Positions 18,867-28,319 of a DNA stretch of 64,000 nt are shown here, piece by piece. The translations under genes were made by a program, and so were the position numbers. Within the stretch, counting starts at the first letter, position 1. The number at the start of each line of letters is the position of its first letter. Origin of the DNA: a virus; IMG/VR virus record IMGVR_UViG_3300031565_000015, positions 4,860 through 68,859 of that record; one strand, given 5' to 3'. The notes beneath the pieces were generated by a model. The model was not told the origin of the DNA and did no database searches. It saw nothing but the letters and a program-made list of their open reading frames with translations.

Positions 18867-19923
18867 TGATAATACTCCTTATTGCGTCTAAATCGACGAG
18901 GTTAAGTTTATGTCCTTGTAATTCCCGTTTAGCCATGAAGTCAATCATGCCGTCATCTATCAGTTTCCTGTCAATCGCCTGAGTCGGTGTGATTGGGGAC
19001 TCGGGCTGCCGGAGGTCGATACCCATTTCATCACCGGCGGTAATAGCATCCACTGTCCATTTTAAAGCACTCATGGTCTGTCGGGCCTCATACCCCGGCA
19101 GTAGTTTACCGCCTTTGATGAGTGCCAATCCATGGGCCTCCAGTGCTGTCAGTCTATGTTTGATCCTCGCTGCCGCAGTCTCCAGCCTGGACAGTTCGAT
19201 TGCAACTTCATTTGGTGTCGGGGCGAAACTATCTGATATTCCAGCAGCATCCATGCAGTCTCCCGCAGCATGGGCGTTCGTTGGACAGTTTATAATGTGC
19301 TTACAGTACCGGCAGTGGTCGCCAGAACAGGTCGGTGCGTCCGGCAGTACCGCCAGTCTAACCTGATTGTCAATCTGGTTGGTGTAATTCCGGAGCAGTT
19401 CCGCGCTAAATCCCCAGGACCAGACAGGGCCTCCAGACCGTCTGTTCGCCCGGGGCTGGCATATATGAATCTGCACGTCCCTAATACCCGGTGTGGCTTT
19501 AATTATCGCACCTGTTATGCACTGCCAGTTGTTTTCAGGGAACACCCATCCATGGCCGTACTTAAAGTCAACGATGTGCAGTGTGTACCCTGAGATCGCC
19601 CAGAAGTCGGGTATGCAGACCACAGTGTGCCCACTGACTTCCAGTTCCCCTCGGTCTTCCACACCTCCACGCTCGGCGTTCAGAGAGTAGCAGAACGCGG
19701 TGTATTTCTCAACCGCTGTTATCATCTCCTGGTCTACCCACACATCCAGGATCTGCTGACCCAGGAACTCTGACGGCAACTTACGTTCGAGCAGACACAT
19801 CTCTGCCACTTTAGCCGCCGCCCGTCCTTCCCAGTTCGGCTCACCGTAAGGATACTGTTTCTCTGCCAGGTACGAACCGGCGCATCCCATAACCCGGAAT
19901 AGCCCGGAAGCGTTGAACTTCAT
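18859..19923 (-). CDS. DUF2800 Cas4-like PD-(D/E)xK exonuclease
   Basis: C near N-terminus, PD...IVDFKYG, C-terminal HCRYC.....C. Confidence 0.8.
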   Translation of the reverse strand: MKFNASGLFRVMGCAGSYLAEKQYPYGEPNWEGRAAAKVAEMCLLERKLPSEFLGQQILDVWVDQEMITAVEKYTAFCYSLNAERGGVEDRGELEVSGHTVVCIPDFWAISGYTLHIVDFKYGHGWVFPENNWQCITGAIIKATPGIRDVQIHICQPRANRRSGGPVWSWGFSAELLRNYTNQIDNQVRLAVLPDAPTCSGDHCRYCKHIINCPTNAHAAGDCMDAAGISDSFAPTPNEVAIELSRLETAAARIKHRLTALEAHGLALIKGGKLLPGYEARQTMSALKWTVDAITAGDEMGIDLRQPESPITPTQAIDRKLIDDGMIDFMAKRELQGHKLNLVDLDAIRSIING

Positions 19924-21053
19924 GACTGCGGACCCGTCAGGCCGAGGGCCAGAGCTGCCGCAGGAATACTGCTCGGAGTGTTCTGGAGTGCAGCTATTGT
20001 CGGCAGTCCGGCAGCCGCGAGGATACCGTCAGCCGCCACATGGTTGATACCTTTACCGGCGGCTTCCCGCATCAACGGAGCCCACTTGGTGATAGACCCG
20101 TAGGCTGGCAGTTCGCCGGGGGCTGTTGGCAAGGGAAGTTCCTGCTGGACGGGGGGTGCTGGCGGAACGGTCTGATTCGTTGGTGTGTTAAGGTATCCAG
20201 GGCTGTTGGTGGGCGCGGTCGTTTCGGCAACCGGGGGCGATGTCTGAACCGGAGGAACTGACTGAAACTGGTCTGTTACAGGTGCGGACGCTGTGATGAA
20301 ACCCCCTTCTGTCGTGGGATTTGTAGGAGCTAACTGATTTAACGCTTCCGCGCCTGCGGAACGATGACTGTCATTGAATGTTTCTGTCGGTACCTTCTGA
20401 AACTGATCGACTACCGGCTCAACAGTGTGGTATTTCTGGAACAATTCAGTCTTAACCTGCGCCAGCAGGATCGGATCAACCCCCTTCCGATGAATCCAGG
20501 ACCCTTCCTTCTTGTCACCCACAGTCTGTTTGTACTTGGTTTTCCCAGAACTGTGGATACGTTTATCCCATGGAATACCTTCGGAGTCGAGTTCAGGTGC
20601 GTTGGTGGTAGCTGCCTGAACTGGCGGTGCCGTCTGCACCGGAGGAACTGGCGGTGCTACCGTACTGCAAGGCATGGCAGAATATAAGGGTGATGTTTCA
20701 ACCCATTCGTTCATGAGTCCTGACTGCGGCGGTGTTCCCCCAGCACATGATGCGTCTCCAGATCTTCTTGATATGATCTCTTCAATTGCTTCCTGCGCTG
20801 GAGGATCTTCCTTCCAGGTTTCCATGGGTTTTAATTTCACTTCAGGATCTGGTTTTACAGCACAGCCAGTGCATTCTGTACCTAATGGGTTTTCTTTTTT
20901 ACCCAAAGCGTAGATGCCTTTTTCAGATTCATAACGAATACGGACCTCCTCCTCTTTTTTCAATCTTTCGTAATCCTGTCGGCTTTCGTCGTCAGGCAGC
21001 ACTCTCGCAATGTCGAGCATTGCGCGTCCAATAATTCTTAAAATCTCTTTCAT
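19920..21053 (-). CDS. Conserved phage protein, Pro-rich
   Basis: ELDSEGIPWDKRIHSSGK motif; sits upstream of the DUF2800 gene. Confidence 0.65.
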   Translation of the reverse strand: MKEILRIIGRAMLDIARVLPDDESRQDYERLKKEEEVRIRYESEKGIYALGKKENPLGTECTGCAVKPDPEVKLKPMETWKEDPPAQEAIEEIISRRSGDASCAGGTPPQSGLMNEWVETSPLYSAMPCSTVAPPVPPVQTAPPVQAATTNAPELDSEGIPWDKRIHSSGKTKYKQTVGDKKEGSWIHRKGVDPILLAQVKTELFQKYHTVEPVVDQFQKVPTETFNDSHRSAGAEALNQLAPTNPTTEGGFITASAPVTDQFQSVPPVQTSPPVAETTAPTNSPGYLNTPTNQTVPPAPPVQQELPLPTAPGELPAYGSITKWAPLMREAAGKGINHVAADGILAAAGLPTIAALQNTPSSIPAAALALGLTGPQS

Positions 21054-21076
21054 AGTTTTCTCCTGTTATTTGAGTG

Positions 21077-21460
21077 TTATTGTATTTTAAGATCCACATC
21101 AGGTACGATAACCTGTGGCTTAAATATTACCTTATAGTGATAAGTGCTGACATCAACAGCGTCCAGTTGCTCTGCAAAATATGTCACATTATCGGATAGT
21201 CCCAGATAATGCTTTTTATACTCTTTTGATCCTGTCTTACACGTAACTCGCAGAATACCAGAACTTGGCTCAATAGAGCATCTTCCTTCCAGCGTGAGCA
21301 TATAGGTGTCGGTGATGCCATTGTAAAAGACTATACGCCTGTTTATCTCGAACATATCCGCTGCTTTAGAAAGATTGTGGGAAGCAACATCGGCATCCGT
21401 GCTACACCCAATAAGCGCCCCAAGTAACAGAACTGCGATAAACATTTTTAAATACTTCAT
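21077..21460 (-). CDS. Conserved phage lipoprotein
   Basis: Lipobox LIGC; ASHNLSKAADMFEINRRIVFYNGITD. Confidence 0.75.
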   Translation of the reverse strand: MKYLKMFIAVLLLGALIGCSTDADVASHNLSKAADMFEINRRIVFYNGITDTYMLTLEGRCSIEPSSGILRVTCKTGSKEYKKHYLGLSDNVTYFAEQLDAVDVSTYHYKVIFKPQVIVPDVDLKIQ

Positions 21461-21476
21461 ACTGCCATACCTCCTG

Positions 21477-21782
21477 TTATTTAATGATTTTAACCGGGCA
21501 ACCGAAATGGTCTTCCAGTTCTTTAATTGTGACTTCTTTCACAGTTTCCGGCACCAGATACGCTTTTGAATGCAGATAGATCTTCCCGTTCCGAGTGTTC
21601 TTGATGAACACGTCGTGCCTCTGGTGGCCAGAAGCTGATGAGAGGTACGGACCGACCTCATGACCTACAATTTGAAAGGTAGTTTCCTCCCAACCAGCAC
21701 CTGTATTGCACCGTGGTTGGAAGCTATCAACTCTAATCATCCAACTTATGTCAATAACCCTGACCTTATCTCCTGTCTTCAT
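21477..21782 (-). CDS. Hypothetical protein
   Basis: RBS; C-terminal EVTIKELEDHFGCPVKIIK. Confidence 0.6.
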   Translation of the reverse strand: MKTGDKVRVIDISWMIRVDSFQPRCNTGAGWEETTFQIVGHEVGPYLSSASGHQRHDVFIKNTRNGKIYLHSKAYLVPETVKEVTIKELEDHFGCPVKIIK

Positions 21783-21823
21783 AATAATCCTCCCGTTCTG
21801 TTGGTTAATGTTAATTATAAACC

Positions 21824-21853
21824 AGTAGTATCAGTATAATATTAATTTGTCAA
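21824..21853 (-). promoter_or_regulatory. Repeated sigma70-like promoter, class P1 (TTGACA...ATTATACTGATACTACT)
   Basis: Near-identical 30-mer also at 53936, 61269 and 63856. Confidence 0.75.
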
Positions 21854-21867
21854 GCTATATTTTGTTT

Positions 21868-22134
21868 TTAACACCCTTCCATGACGGCAAGGTTTGTTTT
21901 GTGGTTACATTTTTCACAGATGAACATATAACAGCCTGCACCCCAGGCAGAATCCATTAGGCATTCCCCTTCTTCCTGAACATGGTCTCTGGTAAGTTCT
22001 TTATCTTCAATAACTTTCAGGTCGTATGTGTATTCTTCAATGTCTGGATCATACGCCCCGTTCTGATCACAATCATCACAACATGGAATGACTTGGATTT
22101 TAAATAAAATCCCACTGCATTTTTTACATTTCAT
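21868..22134 (-). CDS. Hypothetical Zn-finger-like protein
   Basis: CKKC, CCDDC, CEKC. Confidence 0.55.
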   Translation of the reverse strand: MKCKKCSGILFKIQVIPCCDDCDQNGAYDPDIEEYTYDLKVIEDKELTRDHVQEEGECLMDSAWGAGCYMFICEKCNHKTNLAVMEGC

Positions 22135-22190
22135 ATAAAATTCTCCAGTTCTGTGAGTTACGGCCTCAACCTACATCTCTCAGCCATAAA

Positions 22191-22262
22191 AGTCCAATTG
22201 ATTGTTCCTATAGAACCTATAGATTTTAACAATTGGACATCTGTTCGGTCTGGTGGTAAGTG
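22191..22262. promoter_or_regulatory. Divergent promoter region with symmetric operator, class P2
   Basis: GTCCAATTG (22192) and CAATTGGAC (22230) are inverted about CTATAG-aac-CTATAG centred at 22215; genes diverge on both sides. Confidence 0.7.
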
Positions 22263-22302
22263 TGGGTTCACAGTTGTCTTACTTTAATCAGGAGGTAATC
22301 AA

Positions 22303-22722
22303 ATGTTTTTTATTTACGATCAAAATAATAATTATCTATTCACAGTAACAGACGAAGAAATGATTGATTATACAGAATATGAAAATTATTCTTACGTGGA
22401 AACGGACCATCCAGAACACCCCCTACCTTGGACGTACGAAAATCCAGAAGAAACAGCTTTTTGCTCAGGTGTAAAATCTTTTGGTAGTTGTAGTGATTAC
22501 GTTAGCTCAATAGACACATCGGGTGTACTGGACGAGTCTAAAATACCAGGAACTGTGTCTTTCATGCCAGAGCCTGAACTCAGAGACGTACTGATCGTCG
22601 GAACGCCACTGACAATCCACTTGGATGACAAAGAGTTCTGTACTGCTGAGATTGCCACAGTTATCGAACTTGAAGATGGTTCTCTGGATTTTACAATTAA
22701 AAACGTGAGGGTAACAGAATGA
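22303..22722 (+). CDS. Hypothetical acidic protein
   Basis: AGGAGG RBS. Confidence 0.6.
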   Translation: MFFIYDQNNNYLFTVTDEEMIDYTEYENYSYVETDHPEHPLPWTYENPEETAFCSGVKSFGSCSDYVSSIDTSGVLDESKIPGTVSFMPEPELRDVLIVGTPLTIHLDDKEFCTAEIATVIELEDGSLDFTIKNVRVTE

Positions 22723-22958
22723 AAGATTATTCCTACCAAGACGTAGAAGGGCAGGATTTCAGCAAACAGGACTTACGGGACTACAACTTCAACCATATTT
22801 ACGCGCCGGAGGTTTCTTTTGCAGGGTCCAACCTGGCAGGTGTTGACTTATCGAGCGGCTATCTGCTCGGGGCGGATTTCTCAGGTGCCGTCCTCAGTAA
22901 TGTAAAGATGAGCGCAGGTGACTTATGGTACGCACAAGATCAGGGGGCTATTGTATGA
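22719..22958 (+). CDS. Short pentapeptide-repeat protein
   Basis: QDFSK QDLRD YNFNH...SNLAG VDLSS...ADFSG AVLSN. Confidence 0.7.
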   Translation: MKDYSYQDVEGQDFSKQDLRDYNFNHIYAPEVSFAGSNLAGVDLSSGYLLGADFSGAVLSNVKMSAGDLWYAQDQGAIV

Positions 22959-23660
22959 TTCCACAGAAATACAAAGACGCCAGATTAAATCCGGAATATG
23001 TAGACTATCTGGAACGGGAAGTCCGGAAGCTCGGTAAGGTACGACAGGCGCTGTACGCTCTGGAAGGAAAAGACGACGGGTCGATCCACGTCTTATGGGA
23101 CTGTGTAACCTCTATCTTAAAGGCCCTCTCATGACATACCTCGACGCACTACCACTGCTCATAGCTATAGAGTCTTTCGGGGCGGCAATCTCCCGGCTCT
23201 GGCGTGGGCGGTGGGGGTCAGGACTGTACTGGCTGTCCGCCGGCATGTTAAATCTATCAGTTATATTCCTGATTAAGAGGTATGGGTGAAGTGGCTGATT
23301 CTGATAGCCCTGATAGCGCTACCGAGTCCGGTATATTACGACCGAGCCGCCCTGGAAAATATCCACACTATCAGTGCTGCCAGTGACTACCAGATATATG
23401 AACGAACCACAACACATAAAACGAGGAGACCTAAACATGAGAAAATTAATACTCTTCAGATGGAATTATCCGTTGAGATGGTACGTCAGGCGCGTAGGAC
23501 TGGCAGATCCTTACCGCGACGGTACTCCGAATAGGATACTGATGACTAAGTGGGTCATGCGACTGACAGGTGTTAAGCTCGGGAAGGCGTATGAGTTTGT
23601 TAAGAACGTATAGTCTGGAATAGGACGCTCAACAAATAATCATATAAAAAGGACAATAAA

Positions 23661-24221
23661 ATGTTTAATTTTAACGAATGGCAAGTGGCTGGATATGTAA
23701 GTATCATAATCTTTGTTTTGTGGATTATTTCTTTTATCGCGGCAGAAATTTGGAAATATGTGTGGGCATGGATAGATGACAGCAAACCCGAAAAGAGAAA
23801 TTTTATAATAAACAAACTTGGTTCTCTTGTTGAATCTAAATGGAAATATCCTGTTTATAATTGCGCTGAAAGACACGCTAAAGACCCAAGTGAAAGAGGT
23901 GAAATATTTGGGTACGCCAAAGACAAAAAGTATAATGAAACATCCTGTCATGGCCTGGATGAGGGGTGCAGTAAAGACTATGTTTACGCGAGTTCTATGA
24001 TGCACAAAGACACCTTCAATTTGTCGTTTAAGATTATCCCAATCACGGTACTTACGCCGTTTTGGGTATTAATATCAATAAAATTTTATACCGCAGGAAT
24101 GGTTATTGGAGGCCTTATATTAACAGCATACCTTTCAAGATTTACAAGAAGGTTAAGCAAAAAATTTAAAATTCATTCAGCCGACAAATCAATCCATTTA
24201 ACACCGTCAGAAGACAAATAA
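23661..24221 (+). CDS. Membrane protein
   Basis: Three hydrophobic segments; AT-rich. Confidence 0.6.
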   Translation: MFNFNEWQVAGYVSIIIFVLWIISFIAAEIWKYVWAWIDDSKPEKRNFIINKLGSLVESKWKYPVYNCAERHAKDPSERGEIFGYAKDKKYNETSCHGLDEGCSKDYVYASSMMHKDTFNLSFKIIPITVLTPFWVLISIKFYTAGMVIGGLILTAYLSRFTRRLSKKFKIHSADKSIHLTPSEDK

Positions 24222-24812
24222 CTACAGATTGGACAATCTATGCTGAATAAAAAGGAGGATACCATGTCTTGCTGGACAAAAGAAGAACTCGAAAACATGC
24301 TTGAGGATGTGGTCAACGAGCTTGATTTATCAGAATCGGCCATTGAAGAACATGGCCCGAATGGGACAGCACCCGCGGTACTTGTTCGCCTTGTTCTTGA
24401 CCAAAAAGATAGGGAGATTCAACTCCTGAAAAAAGGGTTTGTTGATTTGTCTGAAAACGAGGCAATGGCCCGTAGAGAATTGCACGAAAGACTATATTAA
24501 TCGCCCTATTTGGACGAATACGTTAAGGAGAAACATCATGCTAAAAATTAAACAGTCAGAAGAAAATTTTATCCTATATGAGAGAGGCGAATTTAAAAAA
24601 CCGATAATGATTGTTGATATTTGCGAACTTCAAGAACTCCATTCAGAAATTTCATACAACATCGAACTTTACGAAGAATGGCAGAAAAAGCAAAAGCTTA
24701 AATCGTGCCTCCTGTACACAGACCCAATTAAAAGCTGTCAAGCTATAAAAGACAGGGCAGATGAATTAAATAGAAAAAGATAACAGCATATTTATTATAG
24801 GGAGGATTTGGG

Positions 24813-25184
24813 ATGAAAATCAATATATCTGAAGAGGTAAGAAACAGTAAATCGCTGGCAGGACATATTATTCTTCACGGCCTGACAGAAATAATGACAC
24901 TGAAACAGTGGGGTAAATGGGCAGACCACAAATTGAAGGGATCTGACGATATTTATTCTGATATCCAGTTGACCGTTGATGGTATGCCGGTTCCTTTCAT
25001 GTCTTTTGTCAGAGCATGGGATATGCAAACAGATGATCTCATGAAAAAAGAAGTTGAAAAAACTATATCTAATCGTTTTTCAGATGTCACTCAGATTCTA
25101 TATGACCTAAAAAAAAGAATTAAACCAGAGATAGAATCACGCCTTGAAGATTGGGAAAAAGAAGAAGAAGTGTCTGACTTATAA
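24813..25184 (+). CDS. Hypothetical protein
   Basis: GGAGG RBS. Confidence 0.6.
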   Translation: MKINISEEVRNSKSLAGHIILHGLTEIMTLKQWGKWADHKLKGSDDIYSDIQLTVDGMPVPFMSFVRAWDMQTDDLMKKEVEKTISNRFSDVTQILYDLKKRIKPEIESRLEDWEKEEEVSDL

Positions 25185-25200
25185 TCATAGGAGACAACCA

Positions 25201-25617
25201 ATGACAGGACAATTAGCAGATCACTTTTATAGAGACGAGTTCCAATGCAAATGTGGTTGCAAATTCGACACTGTGGACGCTGAACTGATTAACGGCCCCC
25301 TCAACTTCCTCCGGACAGATAACGTCCGGGTGACAATTCTGAGTGGCTGTCGGTGCCTTGAGCACAATGAGACCGTTCAACTCGAAGAGAACCCAGATTA
25401 CGTTCCATACTCATCGAAATCAACCCATATGGACGGTAAGGCTGCTGATATCACAGTTGAGAGACAGCAGGGCAAGGCGTGGGTTCTTGTCTCTCCGGAT
25501 GAAGTAGCCACCCGACTTGAGACCAGGTATCCTGACAGATATGGTATCGGTAGGTACAAGACATTCACCCACATCGATGTCCGTTCCGGCGGACCGGCTC
25601 GGTGGGACAGACGATGA
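25201..25617 (+). CDS. Peptidase M15 (M15_3) endolysin
   Basis: EFQCKCGC, SGCRC..HN, S.H..G.AADI, GIGRY..FTHIDVR. Confidence 0.85.
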   Translation: MTGQLADHFYRDEFQCKCGCKFDTVDAELINGPLNFLRTDNVRVTILSGCRCLEHNETVQLEENPDYVPYSSKSTHMDGKAADITVERQQGKAWVLVSPDEVATRLETRYPDRYGIGRYKTFTHIDVRSGGPARWDRR

Positions 25618-26087
25618 GGTATTATACCGGCACCGGCAGCCCCTCCGCTCCGAGGGATATCCTCGATCTGATGACCAATATAGCCTTCCGTCTCGCTCAG
25701 GCCGGATATACTCTCCGTTCCGGAGGGGCTGCCGGTGCGGACAAGGCGTTCGAACGGGGGGCCGGTGGTAACGCAGATATTTATCGGGCGAATGATGCGA
25801 CGTGGGAAGCGATGGAGATGGCCAGGAAGTATCACTCAGCCTGGGGGCGATGTAGCTCATATGCTCGTAAACTTCATGCGCGGAACGCATTCCAGGTCTT
25901 AGGTCCGGGGCTCGACAAACCGTCTGAATTTATGATCTGTTGGACTCCTGACGGATGTATCTCACATGCCGACAGATCTCGATTTACCGGCGGCACTGGA
26001 ACGGCCATATCAATTGCAGAAGCGTATGGCGTCCCGATATTCAACCTGCAACGTAAGGCTCACCGGGATTGGGCGGAGAACAGTTAG
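25614..26087 (+). CDS. SLOG/DprA-like nucleotide-binding protein
   Basis: YTGTGS...LRSGGAAGADKAFE...ARN..QVLG...ICWT...GGTG.AI.IA....P.FNL. Confidence 0.75.
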   Translation: MRYYTGTGSPSAPRDILDLMTNIAFRLAQAGYTLRSGGAAGADKAFERGAGGNADIYRANDATWEAMEMARKYHSAWGRCSSYARKLHARNAFQVLGPGLDKPSEFMICWTPDGCISHADRSRFTGGTGTAISIAEAYGVPIFNLQRKAHRDWAENS

Positions 26088-26269
26088 TCGAGTGGCTCCA
26101 GGCCGTCAGAATCTAATGGAGGTAAAGGTTCGCACCGTCTGGAGTCATAATCAACATCAGCCCATATAGACCGGACCCTGACACTGATGTCTTTATTCGC
26201 TACCGTTTCGTACTTCGTTGAACACCCTGACAGCACCGCCAGCATTATCACAATCAACAGATATTTCAT
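26084..26269 (-). CDS. Small lipoprotein (possible o-spanin)
   Basis: Lipobox LSGC. Confidence 0.55.
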   Translation of the reverse strand: MKYLLIVIMLAVLSGCSTKYETVANKDISVRVRSIWADVDYDSRRCEPLPPLDSDGLEPLD

Positions 26270-26607
26270 TTAAAATTACTCCCTATTCCGAAAAATGCCC
26301 CTATTCTAACACCCAAATAGCCGACCTTACTTGTTATCTTCCAGGACGTTTTGCCTACATCAATTTCAAACTGTTTATCGGCGTATGCCCGTTCTGCTTT
26401 GTTTTTGGCTCTGCCGCACCGGAAGTCATGGCGACAACTGGCGACAGGGTGTCTGTGCCTCGGGAAGAACCCCTGGAACAACCGAGGTACGGAAGAACCG
26501 TCCCATGTGAAGTCTATCGGGATATATTCATCGTCACAAACCAACGGAGCGGTCAAAGCCCTATGGTCCGGTTGGCCCTCTACGTTTCGCATGTATATCA
26601 GTGTCAT
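26266..26607 (-). CDS. DUF1353-like protein
   Basis: F.WDGSSVPR...AS..HD...AD..F...YLGVR. Confidence 0.7.
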   Translation of the reverse strand: MTLIYMRNVEGQPDHRALTAPLVCDDEYIPIDFTWDGSSVPRLFQGFFPRHRHPVASCRHDFRCGRAKNKAERAYADKQFEIDVGKTSWKITSKVGYLGVRIGAFFGIGSNFK

Positions 26608-26893
26608 TTATTTCCCCCTCCAGTTTCTCTATGCGATAATCGTGATTCATAACCGTCACCCGAAGATTGTCAGTATCCCGGCACATTGTGGTTATTTTAC
26701 TTGATATAGCTGACTCTAATTTATCCATTGTTTTCTGCTGGGCGTTAGACCTCTCCACCAGAACCCCAACATCGTGTTTAAAATCGGATAATATATTCAG
26801 TCCAAGAGCTACCATAGATGCTATTAATCCCATAACTGTAGTTTTATATGCTACTAACCCCCAATGCTCTTTTACCGGCTGTGGTGTCGCCAT
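26561..26893 (-). CDS. Single-TM coiled-coil protein (holin/spanin candidate)
   Basis: N-terminal TM then heptad pattern; end of late operon. Confidence 0.45.
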   Translation of the reverse strand: MATPQPVKEHWGLVAYKTTVMGLIASMVALGLNILSDFKHDVGVLVERSNAQQKTMDKLESAISSKITTMCRDTDNLRVTVMNHDYRIEKLEGEINDTDIHAKRRGPTGP

Positions 26894-26900
26894 ACTCACC

Positions 26901-27632
26901 TCATAGATACTGTCTAAGTGGTCCAATTACCTTCTGGTATTCGGTAAGGCAGTTGGTACCAATCCCCCATTTGGTTCCGACAATCCCCCGAAGCTCTTTC
27001 CGTCTCTGGCAGTTCTTAATGCCAGTGTTGATTAAAAAATGCCGTTCACTCGCAATCCATTTATCCTTTCGTATCTCCCCGAACTTCCTGTTAAATTTAT
27101 ACCAAATCCCGTCAGAAATCAAGGATAGAGAGTTTCCTTTAACAAGTGTGCATACGCACAATACCAAACCGATAATACTCTTGGGATATGTGATGGCCAG
27201 GAAGATATCGTGGCTGTTCAGTTCTTCTGATTTATCAGGATCAAACCGTGCTAACACCCTGTAAATCTGATAAGCTACCAGAGCTGTGAATACGGGGATA
27301 AATGCTGATTCCACCAGACCAGCAGCCCATGAGATGCTGAAAGCCCCAGATGTATGTCTGATGCCCCAAGCAACTTCCCGGGCTGCGTGATCCTCAGTGA
27401 GTTGAACCCATGAGAACCACGTGGCCCCAGCCGTCTCATAAATTAGAAAATACAGCCAGAATACTTTCAACTTCAACCTCCGGTATGGTACCAGATGCAC
27501 AATATACCCAAGTAGACAGATTATGCAGAAATGTAAACCGAGCGAGTGGTAAATTTTAGTTTCAAGATAAGTGGGGGCGACAGAGTAGATACGCCCTGTC
27601 ACCCCGAAAATTATATAGAACAGAAATTCCAA
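26901..27632 (-). CDS. Multi-pass membrane protein
   Basis: Four to five hydrophobic segments. Confidence 0.55.
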   Translation of the reverse strand: MEFLFYIIFGVTGRIYSVAPTYLETKIYHSLGLHFCIICLLGYIVHLVPYRRLKLKVFWLYFLIYETAGATWFSWVQLTEDHAAREVAWGIRHTSGAFSISWAAGLVESAFIPVFTALVAYQIYRVLARFDPDKSEELNSHDIFLAITYPKSIIGLVLCVCTLVKGNSLSLISDGIWYKFNRKFGEIRKDKWIASERHFLINTGIKNCQRRKELRGIVGTKWGIGTNCLTEYQKVIGPLRQYL

Positions 27633-27902
27633 TCAGCTACCACCACACTTTACATCGCCCGCGTCATCCAACAGCTCCTGGAGTCGCTTGAAGTCGGCAT
27701 CGTGGTCAGGGCAATCCTCTTGCGCTTGTTTAAGAACTCCGGCAACCAATTCGAAAAGGTCACCCTTCCCCTCTACGCTCACTGCCGTCTTTTCGCTGCA
27801 TCTGAAAGCGTCAAGAGCTTTGGCATTAGCCTCCAGAGCCGCCGCTATTTTCGGGCAGTCTATCGCTATACTGGCTATAATCTTCATTGCTTCTTCAATC
27901 AT
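27633..27902 (-). CDS. Hypothetical protein
   Basis: GAGGAG RBS. Confidence 0.5.
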   Translation of the reverse strand: MIEEAMKIIASIAIDCPKIAAALEANAKALDAFRCSEKTAVSVEGKGDLFELVAGVLKQAQEDCPDHDADFKRLQELLDDAGDVKCGGS

Positions 27903-28317
27903 TCTTTTTCTCCTCAATCAGTGGTAAAATTAAATCCATTTCGTCCCCGGTCAGCACGTCATACCTGGGATCGCCCCAAACCTCAAAGTCAACAACTATT
28001 TTTTCAATTCCAAGATCAATTTCCGCGTCCATCAGTTCTTTAATGTCCTTCTGGAACTCCATCACGTTTTTTATTGTGATCCCCCCGCCTTCGGCTTCAA
28101 TAACTTTTCCGCCGATATCTTTTTCAGCGTAATGCGACACAAGAGCTTGTCTGGCTTCCTCCAGTACCTTAAAATCATCGGTTATTTTAGCCAGGCATCT
28201 CCGTATTGCGTACTGGTCTTTAACTGGCAGTTTTTTCGTTTTGATTGATTCAATAGCTGGGTTGATTGCATGGTTACGCACCATTGTGTTTGTGATTTGC
28301 TCGTTTGTCATTTTCAT
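27895..28317 (-). CDS. Conserved protein downstream of the tail fibre (DUF1617-like)
   Basis: KLPVK..Y...R......EE.R..LV..Y.EKD pattern. Confidence 0.6.
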   Translation of the reverse strand: MKMTNEQITNTMVRNHAINPAIESIKTKKLPVKDQYAIRRCLAKITDDFKVLEEARQALVSHYAEKDIGGKVIEAEGGGITIKNVMEFQKDIKELMDAEIDLGIEKIVVDFEVWGDPRYDVLTGDEMDLILPLIEEKKND

Positions 28318-28319
28318 TT

